Below, in pieces: positions 9,122 through 19,258 of a stretch of 32,296 nt of DNA. Within the stretch, counting starts at the first letter, position 1; every line of letters begins with the position of its first letter. The notes beneath the pieces are model-generated. The model saw only the letters and a list, made by a program, of their open reading frames with translations. It ran no database searches and was not told the DNA's origin. This DNA is from Patescibacteria group bacterium (lineage in GTDB: Bacteria > Patescibacteriota > Minisyncoccia > Minisyncoccales > PWPS01). The stretch is from assembly GCA_051745165.1 (NCBI GenBank), contig JBNJDU010000005.1:1-32296 (forward strand). Reading direction: 5' to 3'. Both the position numbers and the translations under genes were made by a program.

Positions 9122-10270
9122 TTATCTTCCTGAAATTTCTCTAAGTCTTGTAATAGTTTTTTGTAATACTTTTACAAATTTATCAATCTTCTTTTTATTT
9201 GTTTTTCTCCCAATCGAAACTCTTAGTGAGCTATGAGCTTCCAAATCCTTCATTCCAATCGCTTGTAAAACATGAGAAGGTTCAAGGCTATTACTAGAAC
9301 AGGCTGACCCGGTAGAAGTGGCTATTCCTTCTTGATCTAAAATCATCACAATAGATTCACCCTCCACTCCCCGAAAACTAAAGTTGGCATTATTAGAAAG
9401 TCTTTTATTTTTCGGTCCATTAAGCGAAGAGCCTTCAATCTTCAAAACTTGATCAATTAAATAATCTCTAAGCTCCTCAGTTTCATCTTTCTTTTTCTCC
9501 TTTGTAATTAATTCTGTGGCTTTTGCCATTCCAACAATAAGCGGTGTATTATAAGTTCCTGATCTTAGTCCATCTTCTTGCCCACCACCAAACATTATCG
9601 GTTTTATATTAACGTTTCTTTTTTTAAATAAAACTCCGACTCCTTTTGGACCATATATCTTATGCCCACTCATTGTCAAACCGTCCACTCCCAAATCTTT
9701 TACGTTACAATTTAAATATCCTGCTGCCTGAGCTGCATCGGTATGAAAATATATTTTAGTATCTCTATCTTTGTTTTTTTCTTCCACAAGTTCGGCAATC
9801 TCTTTTACTGGCTGAATAGTTCCAATTTCATTATTAGCATACATTACAGTTATTAAAACCGTATTATCTTTAATCTCCTCCTCTAATTTTTCCAAACTAA
9901 CAAAGCCTTTCTCATCAACCGGCAAAATAGTAACTTCCGCTTTTGATTTTTTAACTGTTTTTAATACGGCATCATGTTCAACAGCAGAGGTTATTACATG
10001 CGGATTGTCAGACTTTTCAATAACTCCTTGGATAAATATATTGTTTGCTTCTGTTGCTGATCCTGTAAAAACAACTTCTTTTGGATCACAATTTAAGAAG
10101 TTAGCAATTTTTTCTCTAGACTGGTCAATTGCCACTCTTGCTTCCTGCCCAAAAGAATGAATTGAGGAAGGGTTGCCGAATTTTTCATTAAAATAAGGCT
10201 TCATTTCTTTTACAATTTCTTCTGCTACGGGAGTAGTGGATGCGTGATCTAAATATATTTTTTTACTCAT
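9122..10270 (-). CDS. iscS: Cysteine desulfurase IscS/NifS
   Basis: YLDHASTTP, ANNEIGTIQP, HTDAAQA, SGHKIYGPKG, STGSACSS. Confidence 0.96.
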   Translation of the reverse strand: MSKKIYLDHASTTPVAEEIVKEMKPYFNEKFGNPSSIHSFGQEARVAIDQSREKIANFLNCDPKEVVFTGSATEANNIFIQGVIEKSDNPHVITSAVEHDAVLKTVKKSKAEVTILPVDEKGFVSLEKLEEEIKDNTVLITVMYANNEIGTIQPVKEIAELVEEKNKDRDTKIYFHTDAAQAAGYLNCNVKDLGVDGLTMSGHKIYGPKGVGVLFKKRNVNIKPIMFGGGQEDGLRSGTYNTPLIVGMAKATELITKEKKKDETEELRDYLIDQVLKIEGSSLNGPKNKRLSNNANFSFRGVEGESIVMILDQEGIATSTGSACSSNSLEPSHVLQAIGMKDLEAHSSLRVSIGRKTNKKKIDKFVKVLQKTITRLREISGR

Positions 10271-10275
10271 ACTTT

Positions 10276-10671
10276 TTATTTATTATTATCTATTATTGTT
10301 TTAATGGTTATAAGCTCTAATTTTTCTTTTACTTCCGTATCTAACTTTTTCCAAGTAGGAGCAACAGGACAATTGGACAATCTTTCACAATCTTCTTCGA
10401 CACACTCAACCAAAGAAAATTGATTTTCTAAAGCATCGAGTATCATTCTTAAATTAATTTCTTCTGGTTTTAAAGCTAATGCATATCCACCAGTAGGGCC
10501 TCTTTTTGACTTTATAAAACCTTCTTTTTCCAGCTCGGTGAAAATCTTTTCTAAGTAATCAGATGATATGCCTTCTTTTTCTGCCACTGCTTTCATTGGG
10601 GTGTGCCCTTTTTCTTTTGCTAATCTAAAAAGACCTCTTAATCCGTATTGTGATTTTTTTGATATTTTCAT
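10276..10671 (-). CDS. iscR: Rrf2 family regulator, IscR-like
   Basis: SDYLEKIF, SKRGPTGGYAL and three C-terminal Cys (ECVEEDCERLSNC). Heads the iscSU operon. Confidence 0.85.
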   Translation of the reverse strand: MKISKKSQYGLRGLFRLAKEKGHTPMKAVAEKEGISSDYLEKIFTELEKEGFIKSKRGPTGGYALALKPEEINLRMILDALENQFSLVECVEEDCERLSNCPVAPTWKKLDTEVKEKLELITIKTIIDNNK

Positions 10672-10684
10672 AGTGTAAATAAAA

Positions 10685-10734
10685 ACCGAGTCATCTACTC
10701 GGTATTATAATAGCAAACCCTTAACTTCTGTCAA
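10685..10734 (-). promoter_or_regulatory. iscR operon promoter and IscR-type operator
   Basis: TTGACA at 10734-10729, -10 TATTAT/TATAAT at 10712-10704, and perfect dyad ACCGAGT-n5-ACTCGGT at 10685-10703 over the predicted start site. Confidence 0.7.
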
Positions 10735-10792
10735 TAATTTCCCTGGATGGGTTTACAAACTCCAAAAAAATAACTAAAATAACTCTACAATA

Positions 10793-10878
10793 GCCTGGAT
10801 GCTGGAATTAGGTAGACAGGGCGGATTCAAAATCCGCTGTCCGTTAAGGACGTGTGGGTTCGATTCCCACTCCAGGCA
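10793..10878 (+). tRNA. tRNA-Leu(CAA), CCA not encoded
   Basis: Acceptor GCCTGGA/TCCAGGC, anticodon arm GCGGA-TTCAAAA-TCCGC, long variable arm GTCC-GTTAA-GGAC, T-arm GTGGG-TTCGATT-CCCAC. Upstream TTTACA-17-TAAAAT promoter. Confidence 0.97.
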
Positions 10879-10888
10879 CAAAAAAAAG

Positions 10889-10913
10889 AAAGGACCTGTT
10901 TAAGGTCCTTTTT
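10889..10913. terminator. Bidirectional terminator between tRNA-Leu and the convergent ORF
   Basis: AAAGGACC/GGTCCTTT stem with A and T runs on either side. Confidence 0.7.
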
Positions 10914-10916
10914 GTT

Positions 10917-11150
10917 TTAATGTCTTCCAAAAAATATTTTTTCTAATTTATAAACATAAGCTTTTACATCTCCGTCTTGATAAAGAAAAACAAGTAGGGC
11001 AAAAATAAATATATGCTTCGGTGTGTAACTAATCAACCCAGTATAACTAGCATTTCCGAAAACGTAGATAAATAAAGAAAATATCCACATAAAGAGCAAA
11101 ACAGCAACCATCAGTCCAATTAAAAAAAGAACAAATTTCAAAGATTTCAT
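10917..11150 (-). CDS. Small hypothetical membrane protein
   Basis: Two hydrophobic segments, strong SD (GGGAGG), own promoter (TTGACA overlapping the PAP2 stop, TATAGT). Confidence 0.6.
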   Translation of the reverse strand: MKSLKFVLFLIGLMVAVLLFMWIFSLFIYVFGNASYTGLISYTPKHIFIFALLVFLYQDGDVKAYVYKLEKIFFGRH

Positions 11151-11199
11151 TAAAAACCCCTCCCTTTGTTCTTAAACTATACAATTTATAATTTTTATG

Positions 11200-11718
11200 T
11201 CAAGTATTACTCTTTCTCTCCTCTATTATCTGGATAACCAATCCGGTAATTAGTCCCAACATAGAACCTGCCAAAATGTCAGTTGGCCAATGCAAACCAG
11301 TATATATTCTAGCTATAACTATCAGAAAAGAAGAAAAATAAAACAAAATACCTAATTTTTTATTATCGAAAAATACCACAGTTGAAAAAGCAAAAAAGAA
11401 CGCGGCGTGTGAAGACGGAAAGGCAGAAAATTCTTCTTTAGGGACTAACGGGTCTAATCCAAGTTCTGCAAAAGGTCTCATTCTGGGAAGAAACCTTTCA
11501 ATTGGAAATATTAAAAATAGCTTAGTGAAAAATCCTGCTCCTATTGATTTAAGCAATGTTTTTCCATACCTTTTTCGGTCAGTTATAAAAAGCAAAATCA
11601 GAATTATAATAAGTAAGTATGGTAAATACTTAGCTAAAAAATGAGCCAAAAAATCAAGCCAATAATATTGACCAGAAAACTCATAAATGTAATTAAATAA
11701 ATTTAAATCAACTTGCAT
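11200..11718 (-). CDS. PAP2 family phosphatase (BcrC-like undecaprenyl-pyrophosphate phosphatase)
   Basis: RMRPF, FPSSHA, ARIYTGLHWPTDILAG. Confidence 0.9.
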   Translation of the reverse strand: MQVDLNLFNYIYEFSGQYYWLDFLAHFLAKYLPYLLIIILILLFITDRKRYGKTLLKSIGAGFFTKLFLIFPIERFLPRMRPFAELGLDPLVPKEEFSAFPSSHAAFFFAFSTVVFFDNKKLGILFYFSSFLIVIARIYTGLHWPTDILAGSMLGLITGLVIQIIEERKSNT

Positions 11719-12508
11719 TTCTTTTAATTAAATTATCTAAAAGAGACACTACAGTTAAAGGACCTACTCCTCCCGGTACCGGAGTAACCAACTTAACAAT
11801 TTCTTTTATTTCTTCTGTGTTTACATCTCCAACGAGCTTTCCATTTTTCTTACTAGTGCCTGCATCTATAACAACTGCTCCTTTTTTAATGAAGCTAGAA
11901 TCAATAAATTCTGGCTTACCAACTCCAGTAATAATTATATCTGCTTTTTTAGTTAATTCTTCAGGATTTTTAGTATTTTCATCAATTGTAATAACCGACG
12001 CTTTATTCAATAGAAAATAATTAACTGCTGGCTTACCCACTAATCTACCCGGACCAATAACTGCCACCAATTGGCCAGTTAAATCAATATTGTTTACCTT
12101 TAGAACTTTATCAATCGCCCCAACAGTAGGAGGTAAAATGTTTAGTCGTCCTGTAAAAAACTTTCCCAAAGAACTCTCTGCCAATACGTCTATATCTTTT
12201 TCAAAGGGAACTAAATTTAAAACCTTTTGTGCTTTAAGATCTCCTTTAATTGGTAATTGAACAATAAGGCCGTCATCAGATAGTTTTTGAATCTCTTTTT
12301 TTAACGAATTAAATAGGATGTTTTTAGGAAACTTATAGTGATTAAATTCTACACCTATTTTTTCCGCTGCTTTTCTTTTTTCATTGATAAAAACTTCTGA
12401 TACTTCATCATCACCAACCTGAACAACGCCTAAAGATAAATTCTGATTTAAAGAATTCTTCAGTCTTTTTAATTCTTCTTCTGCTAGTTTTTTACAATTA
12501 AAGATCAT
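11708..12508 (-). CDS. folD: Methylene-THF dehydrogenase/cyclohydrolase
   Basis: GLIVQLP, KDID, GRLVGKP, VIDAG, TPVPGGVGPLT. Confidence 0.95.
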   Translation of the reverse strand: MIFNCKKLAEEELKRLKNSLNQNLSLGVVQVGDDEVSEVFINEKRKAAEKIGVEFNHYKFPKNILFNSLKKEIQKLSDDGLIVQLPIKGDLKAQKVLNLVPFEKDIDVLAESSLGKFFTGRLNILPPTVGAIDKVLKVNNIDLTGQLVAVIGPGRLVGKPAVNYFLLNKASVITIDENTKNPEELTKKADIIITGVGKPEFIDSSFIKKGAVVIDAGTSKKNGKLVGDVNTEEIKEIVKLVTPVPGGVGPLTVVSLLDNLIKRNAS

Positions 12509-13763
12509 AAGGTAGTGGAAAATCTTCTGCTAGTTTTTTTATTTCTTTTCTCGCTTTTTTAGCTCTTTTTTCACTTTTTTCTGTTATTACTTCATCCATA
12601 ATTTTAGCGATTTCTATCATTTCCTTTTTCCCCATTCCTCGAGTAGTTATTGCCGGAGTTCCTAATCTTATTCCCGATGGATTAAATGGTTTAGCTGGAT
12701 CATTAGGAATGGCATTTTTATTTATTGTTATTCCTGCTTTTTCTAATAGACTTTCTGCCTTTTTGCCGCCAATATCTTTACTTCTAAGATCAATAAGACA
12801 AAGATGATTGTCTGTACCACCAGTAACTAACTCAAAATCTCTGTTTATTAATTCTTCAGCAAGTTTTTTATTATTATTCACCACTTTTTGCCCATAGGTT
12901 TTGAAATCATTTCCTAAAGCTTCTCTAAAGCAAACTGCCTTTGCTGCAATTTGATGCTCATGAGGTCCACCTTGAAGTCCGGGGAATACTGCCTTGTTTA
13001 TCTTTTGATCTAGCTCAGAATCTTTTTTCAATCCCTTTTCAGTTACCATCACCATTCCTCCCCTTGGCCCACGTAGAGTTTTGTGAGTTGTAGTCGTTAT
13101 TATATCTACATGCTCAGCTGGGCTAGAATGAACTCCAGCAACAATTAATCCGGCAATGTGAGCAATATCAGCAGCTAAATAAGCTCCAACTTCTTCAGCT
13201 ATTTTACTAAACCCTTTCCAATCAAAATCTCTAGGATAGGCAGAACCACCAACCCAAATAAGTTTTGGCTTCTCCTCTTTTGCAATCTTTCTTACTTCTT
13301 CTAAATTAATTCGTTGATCTTTTTCATTTACTCCATAAGAAGCAGATTCATAATAAGTACCCGAAAAACTAACTGGCCAACCGTGAGTTAGGTGACCCCC
13401 ATCTTTAAGATTCATTCCTAAAACTTTTTCTCCTGGCTCCATACAAGCAAAATAAACTGCCATATTAGCTGGAGATCCAGAGTAGGGTTGAACATTGGCA
13501 AACGGGACGTTAAACAGCTTCTTAGCTCTCTCCTTAGCCAAAACTTCTACCTCATCAATATACTCATTCCCTCCGTAATACCTCTTTCCGGGATATCCTT
13601 CTGCATACTTATCAGTTAAGATGGTGCTCATCGCTTCTAAAACCGCTGGTGAGGTGTGATTTTCAGAAGGTATCATCTCTAAGGTGTCTTTCCTTCTTTT
13701 TCTTTCCTTTTTTATTATTTTAAAAACCTCTTTATCTTCTTTTTTTAAGTTATTTCTCTTCAT
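12498..13763 (-). CDS. glyA: Serine hydroxymethyltransferase
   Basis: PSEN, KYAEGYPGKRYYGG, GGHLTHG, TTTTHKTLRGPRGG, SGIRLGTPA. Confidence 0.98.
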   Translation of the reverse strand: MKRNNLKKEDKEVFKIIKKERKRRKDTLEMIPSENHTSPAVLEAMSTILTDKYAEGYPGKRYYGGNEYIDEVEVLAKERAKKLFNVPFANVQPYSGSPANMAVYFACMEPGEKVLGMNLKDGGHLTHGWPVSFSGTYYESASYGVNEKDQRINLEEVRKIAKEEKPKLIWVGGSAYPRDFDWKGFSKIAEEVGAYLAADIAHIAGLIVAGVHSSPAEHVDIITTTTHKTLRGPRGGMVMVTEKGLKKDSELDQKINKAVFPGLQGGPHEHQIAAKAVCFREALGNDFKTYGQKVVNNNKKLAEELINRDFELVTGGTDNHLCLIDLRSKDIGGKKAESLLEKAGITINKNAIPNDPAKPFNPSGIRLGTPAITTRGMGKKEMIEIAKIMDEVITEKSEKRAKKARKEIKKLAEDFPLPYDL

Positions 13764-14649
13764 AATTTGAAATAGCTAATTTAACTGCTCCGAAAACCGG
13801 ACCTTTTTCGGGTTTAATAATCTCTATATTAGCAAATTTATTAATTTTGTTAGATAACTCCTCTTCTAGAAATTTTGACTTAAACATCCCCCCAATAAGA
13901 ATTAAGGGAAATGTGTCTTCTAATTCTAAATCTTCAACTACTGCTCGCACGGACAGAGAAAGCTCTTCAGCTGCTTTTTCTAAAATAGAACGTGCAATTT
14001 CATCTCCTTCTCTTTCTGCATAATCAACCATAATGGAAAGCTTGGGGATGGCTCTCATTGGGTTCTGATAAACTTTTTTATTTAATTCCTCTACTTTTTC
14101 AATACCCCACTCCTTAAAAAGCATCTCTGTTATTTTTGTCTTTTTCCCTCTTCCGTCTAGCTGCTTAGTAATTTTTCGATAGGCTTCAATACCGACCCAA
14201 AAAGCTGATCCTTCGTCTCCAAAATACCCCCATCCACTAGCTTTTGCTGACTTATTCTCCTTAAATCCTCTGACAACTCCTCCCGTTCCTGCAATTAAAA
14301 CAATACCTGTTCCAGAACTAGTTCCTGATTTAAAAGCTACTAATTGATCGCTTCCAATATTAATTTTTCCGGAAATTTCTTTAGCAAATATATTCCTAAT
14401 ATAGTCTTTTTGATCTGAATACTCTTCTTGAATGGCAGGAAAACCAATGAAAGTAGAAACTATATTTCCTTCGACAGGAAAAATATTTCTCACTCCTTCT
14501 AAAATATTTTTGCAAGATTCATCCACTCCCGTATTTCTAAGGCTAGCCGGCCCAGCTTCTTCTTTTTTTAAAATATTACCCTTTAAATCGGCTAAGGCAA
14601 TGTCGGTTTTCGTACCTCCGCCGTCAATTCCTAAAACTAATTTTTTCAT
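13750..14649 (-). CDS. BadF/BadG/BcrA/BcrD family sugar kinase (GlcNAc/MurNAc kinase-like)
   Basis: GIDGGGTKT, LIAGTG, GWGYFGDEGSAFWVG. Amino-sugar gene context. Confidence 0.85.
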   Translation of the reverse strand: MKKLVLGIDGGGTKTDIALADLKGNILKKEEAGPASLRNTGVDESCKNILEGVRNIFPVEGNIVSTFIGFPAIQEEYSDQKDYIRNIFAKEISGKINIGSDQLVAFKSGTSSGTGIVLIAGTGGVVRGFKENKSAKASGWGYFGDEGSAFWVGIEAYRKITKQLDGRGKKTKITEMLFKEWGIEKVEELNKKVYQNPMRAIPKLSIMVDYAEREGDEIARSILEKAAEELSLSVRAVVEDLELEDTFPLILIGGMFKSKFLEEELSNKINKFANIEIIKPEKGPVFGAVKLAISNYEEK

Positions 14650-15848
14650 TATTTATAAATCTTTTCTTTTTTAATGTTTTTATTCACTATTTTGTGAGGA
14701 TATATTGTAGAGTTGGCTCCAATCATTACTCCGGGCATCAAAGAAACATTTATGCCCGTCTTTACTCCATCTCCCAAAATTGCACCCAGCTTTTTCCTTC
14801 TAGTGCTCATTACTTTTCCTTTAACTTCTGTCCTAATAATTGACTCATCAAATTTAAAATTAGCAGCTATTGTTCCTGCCCCTAAATTACAATCCTCTCC
14901 TAAAACGGAATCTCCTAAATATGTTAAGTGAGGTGCATTGGAATTCCTTCCTAAAATAGTATTTTTAATTTCTACTGATTGACCTACCTTACATCCATCA
15001 TCGATGCTGCTAAAAGGTCTAATATAACAGTTAGGGCCTATTTCACAATTCTTTCCTATGTAAACCGGACCTTCAATTTTAGTTCCTGTTTTTATTTTGG
15101 CTCCCTTTTCAATAATTACTTTCCCTTCTAAAACTACATTCTTCTCTAAATTACCTTCATTTTTTTCTTCATAATCTTCAAAAATGTGCTTAGTAGATTC
15201 TAACAAATTCCACGGATAACTAACTGGATCCCAGCTTTCAGCAACATGGTAGTTAACGCAGTTACTTTCAATATAATTTTTAATATAGTCAGTAATTTCG
15301 TACTCACCTCTAGAAGATTTTTCGATATCAACTTCAAAAAAATCTTTATTCACATAATAAGCACCAATATTAACTAAATTACTAACATTTTCTTCGGGTT
15401 TTTCAACTAAATCTTTAATCTCCCCATCCTTGCAAACCATTTGTCCAAATCCAGAAGGGTTGTCAACTTCCTTAACCATAATACAAGGATTTTCTCGTAA
15501 ACATTCTTCTAAATCACTTCTTTTATAAAGATCATCACCATTTAAAATTAAAAAATCATCATCTAAAAAAGGAAGGGCTGACTTAGCTGCATCTCCAGTT
15601 CCAATTGGTTCTTCTTGCTTTGCATACTTAATTTTTATTCCTCTATATTCATCACCTAATTCTTTTTTAATAATCTCTCCCTTATAACCAATTACCAACA
15701 CAGCTTCTTCAACTAAGCCTGTTAATTGATCTAAATTATGCTCTATTAAAGTTTTTCCAGCTACTCTAAGTGCTGGTTTTGGCTTGGTATGAGTAAGCGG
15801 CCTCATTCTCGTTCCCCATCCAGCTGCTAATATAACTACTTTAGTCAT
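14649..15848 (-). CDS. glmU: Bifunctional sugar-1-phosphate nucleotidyltransferase/acetyltransferase (archaeal-type GlmU)
   Basis: ILAAGWGTRMRPLT..KPKP, GTGDA, LNGD, VEKP, RGEYEITD, hexapeptide repeats, HLTYLGDS, GAGTIAAN. Confidence 0.88.
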   Translation of the reverse strand: MTKVVILAAGWGTRMRPLTHTKPKPALRVAGKTLIEHNLDQLTGLVEEAVLVIGYKGEIIKKELGDEYRGIKIKYAKQEEPIGTGDAAKSALPFLDDDFLILNGDDLYKRSDLEECLRENPCIMVKEVDNPSGFGQMVCKDGEIKDLVEKPEENVSNLVNIGAYYVNKDFFEVDIEKSSRGEYEITDYIKNYIESNCVNYHVAESWDPVSYPWNLLESTKHIFEDYEEKNEGNLEKNVVLEGKVIIEKGAKIKTGTKIEGPVYIGKNCEIGPNCYIRPFSSIDDGCKVGQSVEIKNTILGRNSNAPHLTYLGDSVLGEDCNLGAGTIAANFKFDESIIRTEVKGKVMSTRRKKLGAILGDGVKTGINVSLMPGVMIGANSTIYPHKIVNKNIKKEKIYK

Positions 15849-16789
15849 AAATTTAAAATTACATTGGTTAATTTATCTGAATCATGGATTATTTTCCCTT
15901 CATCAACTAAAACGTCTGCTCCTACAAACTTATTTTCATCTAGATTGTTATCAGGTTTAACAAGTTCTATAAGTTCTTCGTGACTTTCTTTATATTTCTC
16001 AACTCTCTTCTTGTTTGGAAAATTATTATTGTAAATGACTTTATCAAATTCTCCTCCTAAAAATTGTTCTGCCTTTTTAGTAAAATCAGAAACTGTAAAT
16101 TCATTAGTTTCTCCGTTTTTAGTCATTAAGTTAGTAATATATATTTTCTGAGCTTCGGAATTTCGGATTGCTTCTGCCATTCCTTCAACTAGTAAAATCT
16201 GAGCTAAAGAGGAAAATAAATCACCTGGACCAAGTACGATTTTATCCGCTTCATAAACTGCATTTATTGCTTTTGGATAGGCTTTTGCTTTTGGGCGTAA
16301 AAATACATCCTCAATTTTTAAAGATCCATCATGCTTAGGAATGTCTATATTTGTTTCTCCTTCAATTATTTGTCCATCTTCTAAAACAGCACAAACATGT
16401 GAACTATCTAAAGTAACGGGCAAAACTTGATGAGAGACATTTAAAAGATCATTCATAGTTTCGAAAGTTTTCTCTCCATCATTTGTAGAAAGATTTAAAG
16501 CAGTAATAAATAGATTGGCAAAATTATGCCCTTGCAATTCACCAGCTTGAAATCTGTAATCAAAAAGCTCTTCGATGATTGGGGAGGTGTTGGCTAGGGC
16601 AATAAAAGCTCTGCGAATATCTCCCGGGGATACTATGCCGTAATCTTCTCGTAGACGCCCTGAAGAGCCTCCAGAGTCCAGCATTGCACAAATTGCAAAT
16701 ATCTCTACATCTTCATGTTTTAAACCCTCTAAAACGGCTCTAGGCATTGCGTTTCCCCCACCTAAACAAGCGATTTTATTTGTACTCAT
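15845..16789 (-). CDS. yvcK: YvcK/GlmR (CofD-like, UPF0052) UDP-GlcNAc-binding protein
   Basis: LGGG, DSGGSSGRLR, PGDIR, GHNFANL, LGPGDLFSS, NLMTKNGET. Confidence 0.92.
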   Translation of the reverse strand: MSTNKIACLGGGNAMPRAVLEGLKHEDVEIFAICAMLDSGGSSGRLREDYGIVSPGDIRRAFIALANTSPIIEELFDYRFQAGELQGHNFANLFITALNLSTNDGEKTFETMNDLLNVSHQVLPVTLDSSHVCAVLEDGQIIEGETNIDIPKHDGSLKIEDVFLRPKAKAYPKAINAVYEADKIVLGPGDLFSSLAQILLVEGMAEAIRNSEAQKIYITNLMTKNGETNEFTVSDFTKKAEQFLGGEFDKVIYNNNFPNKKRVEKYKESHEELIELVKPDNNLDENKFVGADVLVDEGKIIHDSDKLTNVILNL

Positions 16790-17589
16790 ATTTTAGATTG
16801 AAGTATATCTTTTACTGGAACCGAACCGCCATCAGTCTTTAACTCTTTTTCGAAAACTGGTTTTTCCTCTTTTTTAAACACTCCCAAAGGAATTCTATCT
16901 CCTCCATCATAACCCCATTCTTTAATTTTTTCTTCCGGGCTATCAGGTATTTCTTCCATTTTGTAGCTCTTTTCTCTGTAATCAACATTAGTATCATACC
17001 AAGTAGTACAAGGTTGCAAAACTTCGATAAAAGAAAATCCTTTATGCTCAACAGCTTTTTCCATCATTTTTTGGAGATGTTTCATATCGCCACTGAAAGT
17101 GCGAGCTATAAATGTTGCCCCTGCAGAATTAACTAGTTCTAATGCATTTAAAGGTTCTTCAACACTACCTTCCGGAGAAGAATTACTAACAAATCCTTTT
17201 GGGCTAGAAGCTGTAAATTGTTTAACAGTCAAAGCAAAATTGCGATTCTGGTGTAAAACTACAGTTATGTCAGAATTTCTTTTGGCAGCGTGGATAAGAT
17301 GAGAAACACCTTCATTTAAGGAATCACCATCCCCACTAAAGGCTAAGACTTTTAAATCCGGGTTGGCAAGTTTTATCCCCGCAGCAACAGGAACTGGTCT
17401 TCCGTGAAGACCATAGAAGCTATTAACATTAACATAGTCTATTATTTTTGCATGACAACCAATGCCAGCTGTAATAGCTACTTTTTCTTTACCTAATTTT
17501 TCAGCTAATTTTTTGGTGGCCATTTCGATTGCAAAGTTTCCGCAACCGGGACACCAAGTATTTTTAGCACCTACATCTAAATCAGACAT
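16786..17589 (-). CDS. 2-oxoacid:ferredoxin oxidoreductase beta subunit
   Basis: TWCPGCGN, GIGC, LHGR, TPP motif GDGD, EVLQPC. Confidence 0.95.
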   Translation of the reverse strand: MSDLDVGAKNTWCPGCGNFAIEMATKKLAEKLGKEKVAITAGIGCHAKIIDYVNVNSFYGLHGRPVPVAAGIKLANPDLKVLAFSGDGDSLNEGVSHLIHAAKRNSDITVVLHQNRNFALTVKQFTASSPKGFVSNSSPEGSVEEPLNALELVNSAGATFIARTFSGDMKHLQKMMEKAVEHKGFSFIEVLQPCTTWYDTNVDYREKSYKMEEIPDSPEEKIKEWGYDGGDRIPLGVFKKEEKPVFEKELKTDGGSVPVKDILQSKI

Positions 17590-17622
17590 ATAATTTTATT
17601 TTAGAGTTTAAATTTCTAATTT

Positions 17623-19233
17623 TTATTTGAGTTCATTAATTATTTCTTCTTCATAGAAAGGACGTCCATCATATTTTAAGATGGTCTTATCTACATCCAC
17701 ATACTTATCAATTATATTTGCAGCCTGCCCAGTTCTATTAGCTTCTACAACTACTACCTCTTCCACACCTTCTAAAGCTTCTTCAAATTGTTTTTCAGGA
17801 AAAGGAGCGAAACACATAATCTGAACTACTTTAAATCCAAGCTTTTTACCAGCTTCTTTAGCAGCCATTTTGCTAGAACCCCACGTCACTAATGCTTTTT
17901 CTCCTTCTCCAAAAGTTTTTACCATTTCCAATCTTTCTAATTCTTCTTCTATCATAGGTTTCTTTTTCATTCGTTTATCTTGCATTTTAACTATTTCTTC
18001 TGGTTTTTCGGTAGTAGTTCCATATTCATCATGTTCATAACTTGTACTTCTGACCGTTGCATCACCTCCCGGATAACATAGAGGAGAAATTCCTGTTTCA
18101 GTGTCAGCGTAACGATTATAATCTTTACTATTTTCACCCTTTTCTTCTTCCCAATATTCAGCTTTTTCTAAAACAGAATCATCAAATGAAAAGGTGCTTT
18201 CAGAAATATCTTTATCGATTAGCATTATAGCTGGAATTTGGTATTTCCAAGTTAAATTCATTGCTAAATTAGTCAAATAGAAAGCTTCTTCAGCATCTCC
18301 AGGAGTAAATAAAAACCTAAGAAAATCACCATGTCCAACACTGAGTGCAAAATTTAAATCAGACTGAGCATTATAAGTTGGCACTCCAGAAGCTGGTCCA
18401 GCTCTTTGACTGTCAACAATAACAAGTGGAGTTTCTGATATTGCAGCTAAAGAGACCCCCTCACCCATTAAAGCAAGTCCTCCCCCTGAAGTTCCTACCA
18501 TGCTTCTTTTTCCAGCAAACGCAGCTCCTAAAGCAGTATTTATTACAGAAATTTCATTTTCTGGTTGCATTACTTGTATGTCATATTCTTGCCTTAAATC
18601 TGCCAAAAAATGCAATATGCTTGTCGAGGGAGTCATCGGATAAGCAAAATAATTTTCTAATCCCGCTTCTAATGCACCTAAACTTAAAGCTTCATTTCCT
18701 GTAATTAGTGGTGATGGCTCTCTAAAATTATCAATTTCATATTTATTTTCAACTGATTCATAGGCTTCTTTAGCAACTTTTAAATTCTCCTTTGGTTTCG
18801 GCATTCCGTTTACAACCTTCTCTAAAACATCTATTTCTACCCCTACAAGCTTACAAAAAGCACCTAAAAGCGCTGTATTTTGCATAATCTTTTCTCCGTG
18901 CTCCTTAGCAATTGATTCGATTGCAACTCCGATTCCATCACAATCAACCTTGTCTGAATTAAAAAGTAAATCTCCTGTTAATTTATCTGAATGTTTATCA
19001 ATAGTATCTTCATTTAGAGCAAGTAAGAAATTAATATCTTTTTTGATTGATCTTTTCTCTTCTTTTGAGGCTCTAATTAAAGAAAAATTATGACCTCCTC
19101 TAATTAAAGAAGGGTAATCTTCATAAATGAATATTTTATATCCATATCGATTTAGAACTTTTGCTATAAGCTGTCCAGCCGCTTTTGATCCTTGACCAGC
19201 TGCACCACCTATAAGTATTTGAAAGTCTTCCAT
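17623..19233 (-). CDS. 2-oxoacid:ferredoxin oxidoreductase alpha subunit (gamma-alpha fusion)
   Basis: GGAAGQG, IRGGHN, TGNEA, AYPMTPST, TSGGG, QRAGPASG, KYDGRP. Confidence 0.95.
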   Translation of the reverse strand: MEDFQILIGGAAGQGSKAAGQLIAKVLNRYGYKIFIYEDYPSLIRGGHNFSLIRASKEEKRSIKKDINFLLALNEDTIDKHSDKLTGDLLFNSDKVDCDGIGVAIESIAKEHGEKIMQNTALLGAFCKLVGVEIDVLEKVVNGMPKPKENLKVAKEAYESVENKYEIDNFREPSPLITGNEALSLGALEAGLENYFAYPMTPSTSILHFLADLRQEYDIQVMQPENEISVINTALGAAFAGKRSMVGTSGGGLALMGEGVSLAAISETPLVIVDSQRAGPASGVPTYNAQSDLNFALSVGHGDFLRFLFTPGDAEEAFYLTNLAMNLTWKYQIPAIMLIDKDISESTFSFDDSVLEKAEYWEEEKGENSKDYNRYADTETGISPLCYPGGDATVRSTSYEHDEYGTTTEKPEEIVKMQDKRMKKKPMIEEELERLEMVKTFGEGEKALVTWGSSKMAAKEAGKKLGFKVVQIMCFAPFPEKQFEEALEGVEEVVVVEANRTGQAANIIDKYVDVDKTILKYDGRPFYEEEIINELK

Positions 19234-19258
19234 AGTATGTTTTTTATTTAATTAATTT

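Noticed and set aside
10741-10750. CCTGGATG matching the tRNA-Leu 5' end (possible att site)
   Set aside because: Only 8 bp, and no integrase or tRNA 3'-end duplication was found.
3273-11718. Alternative genetic code (TGA=Gly)
   Set aside because: thiI, PAP2 and adk end at TGA at plausible C-termini, and no conserved gene is interrupted by TGA.
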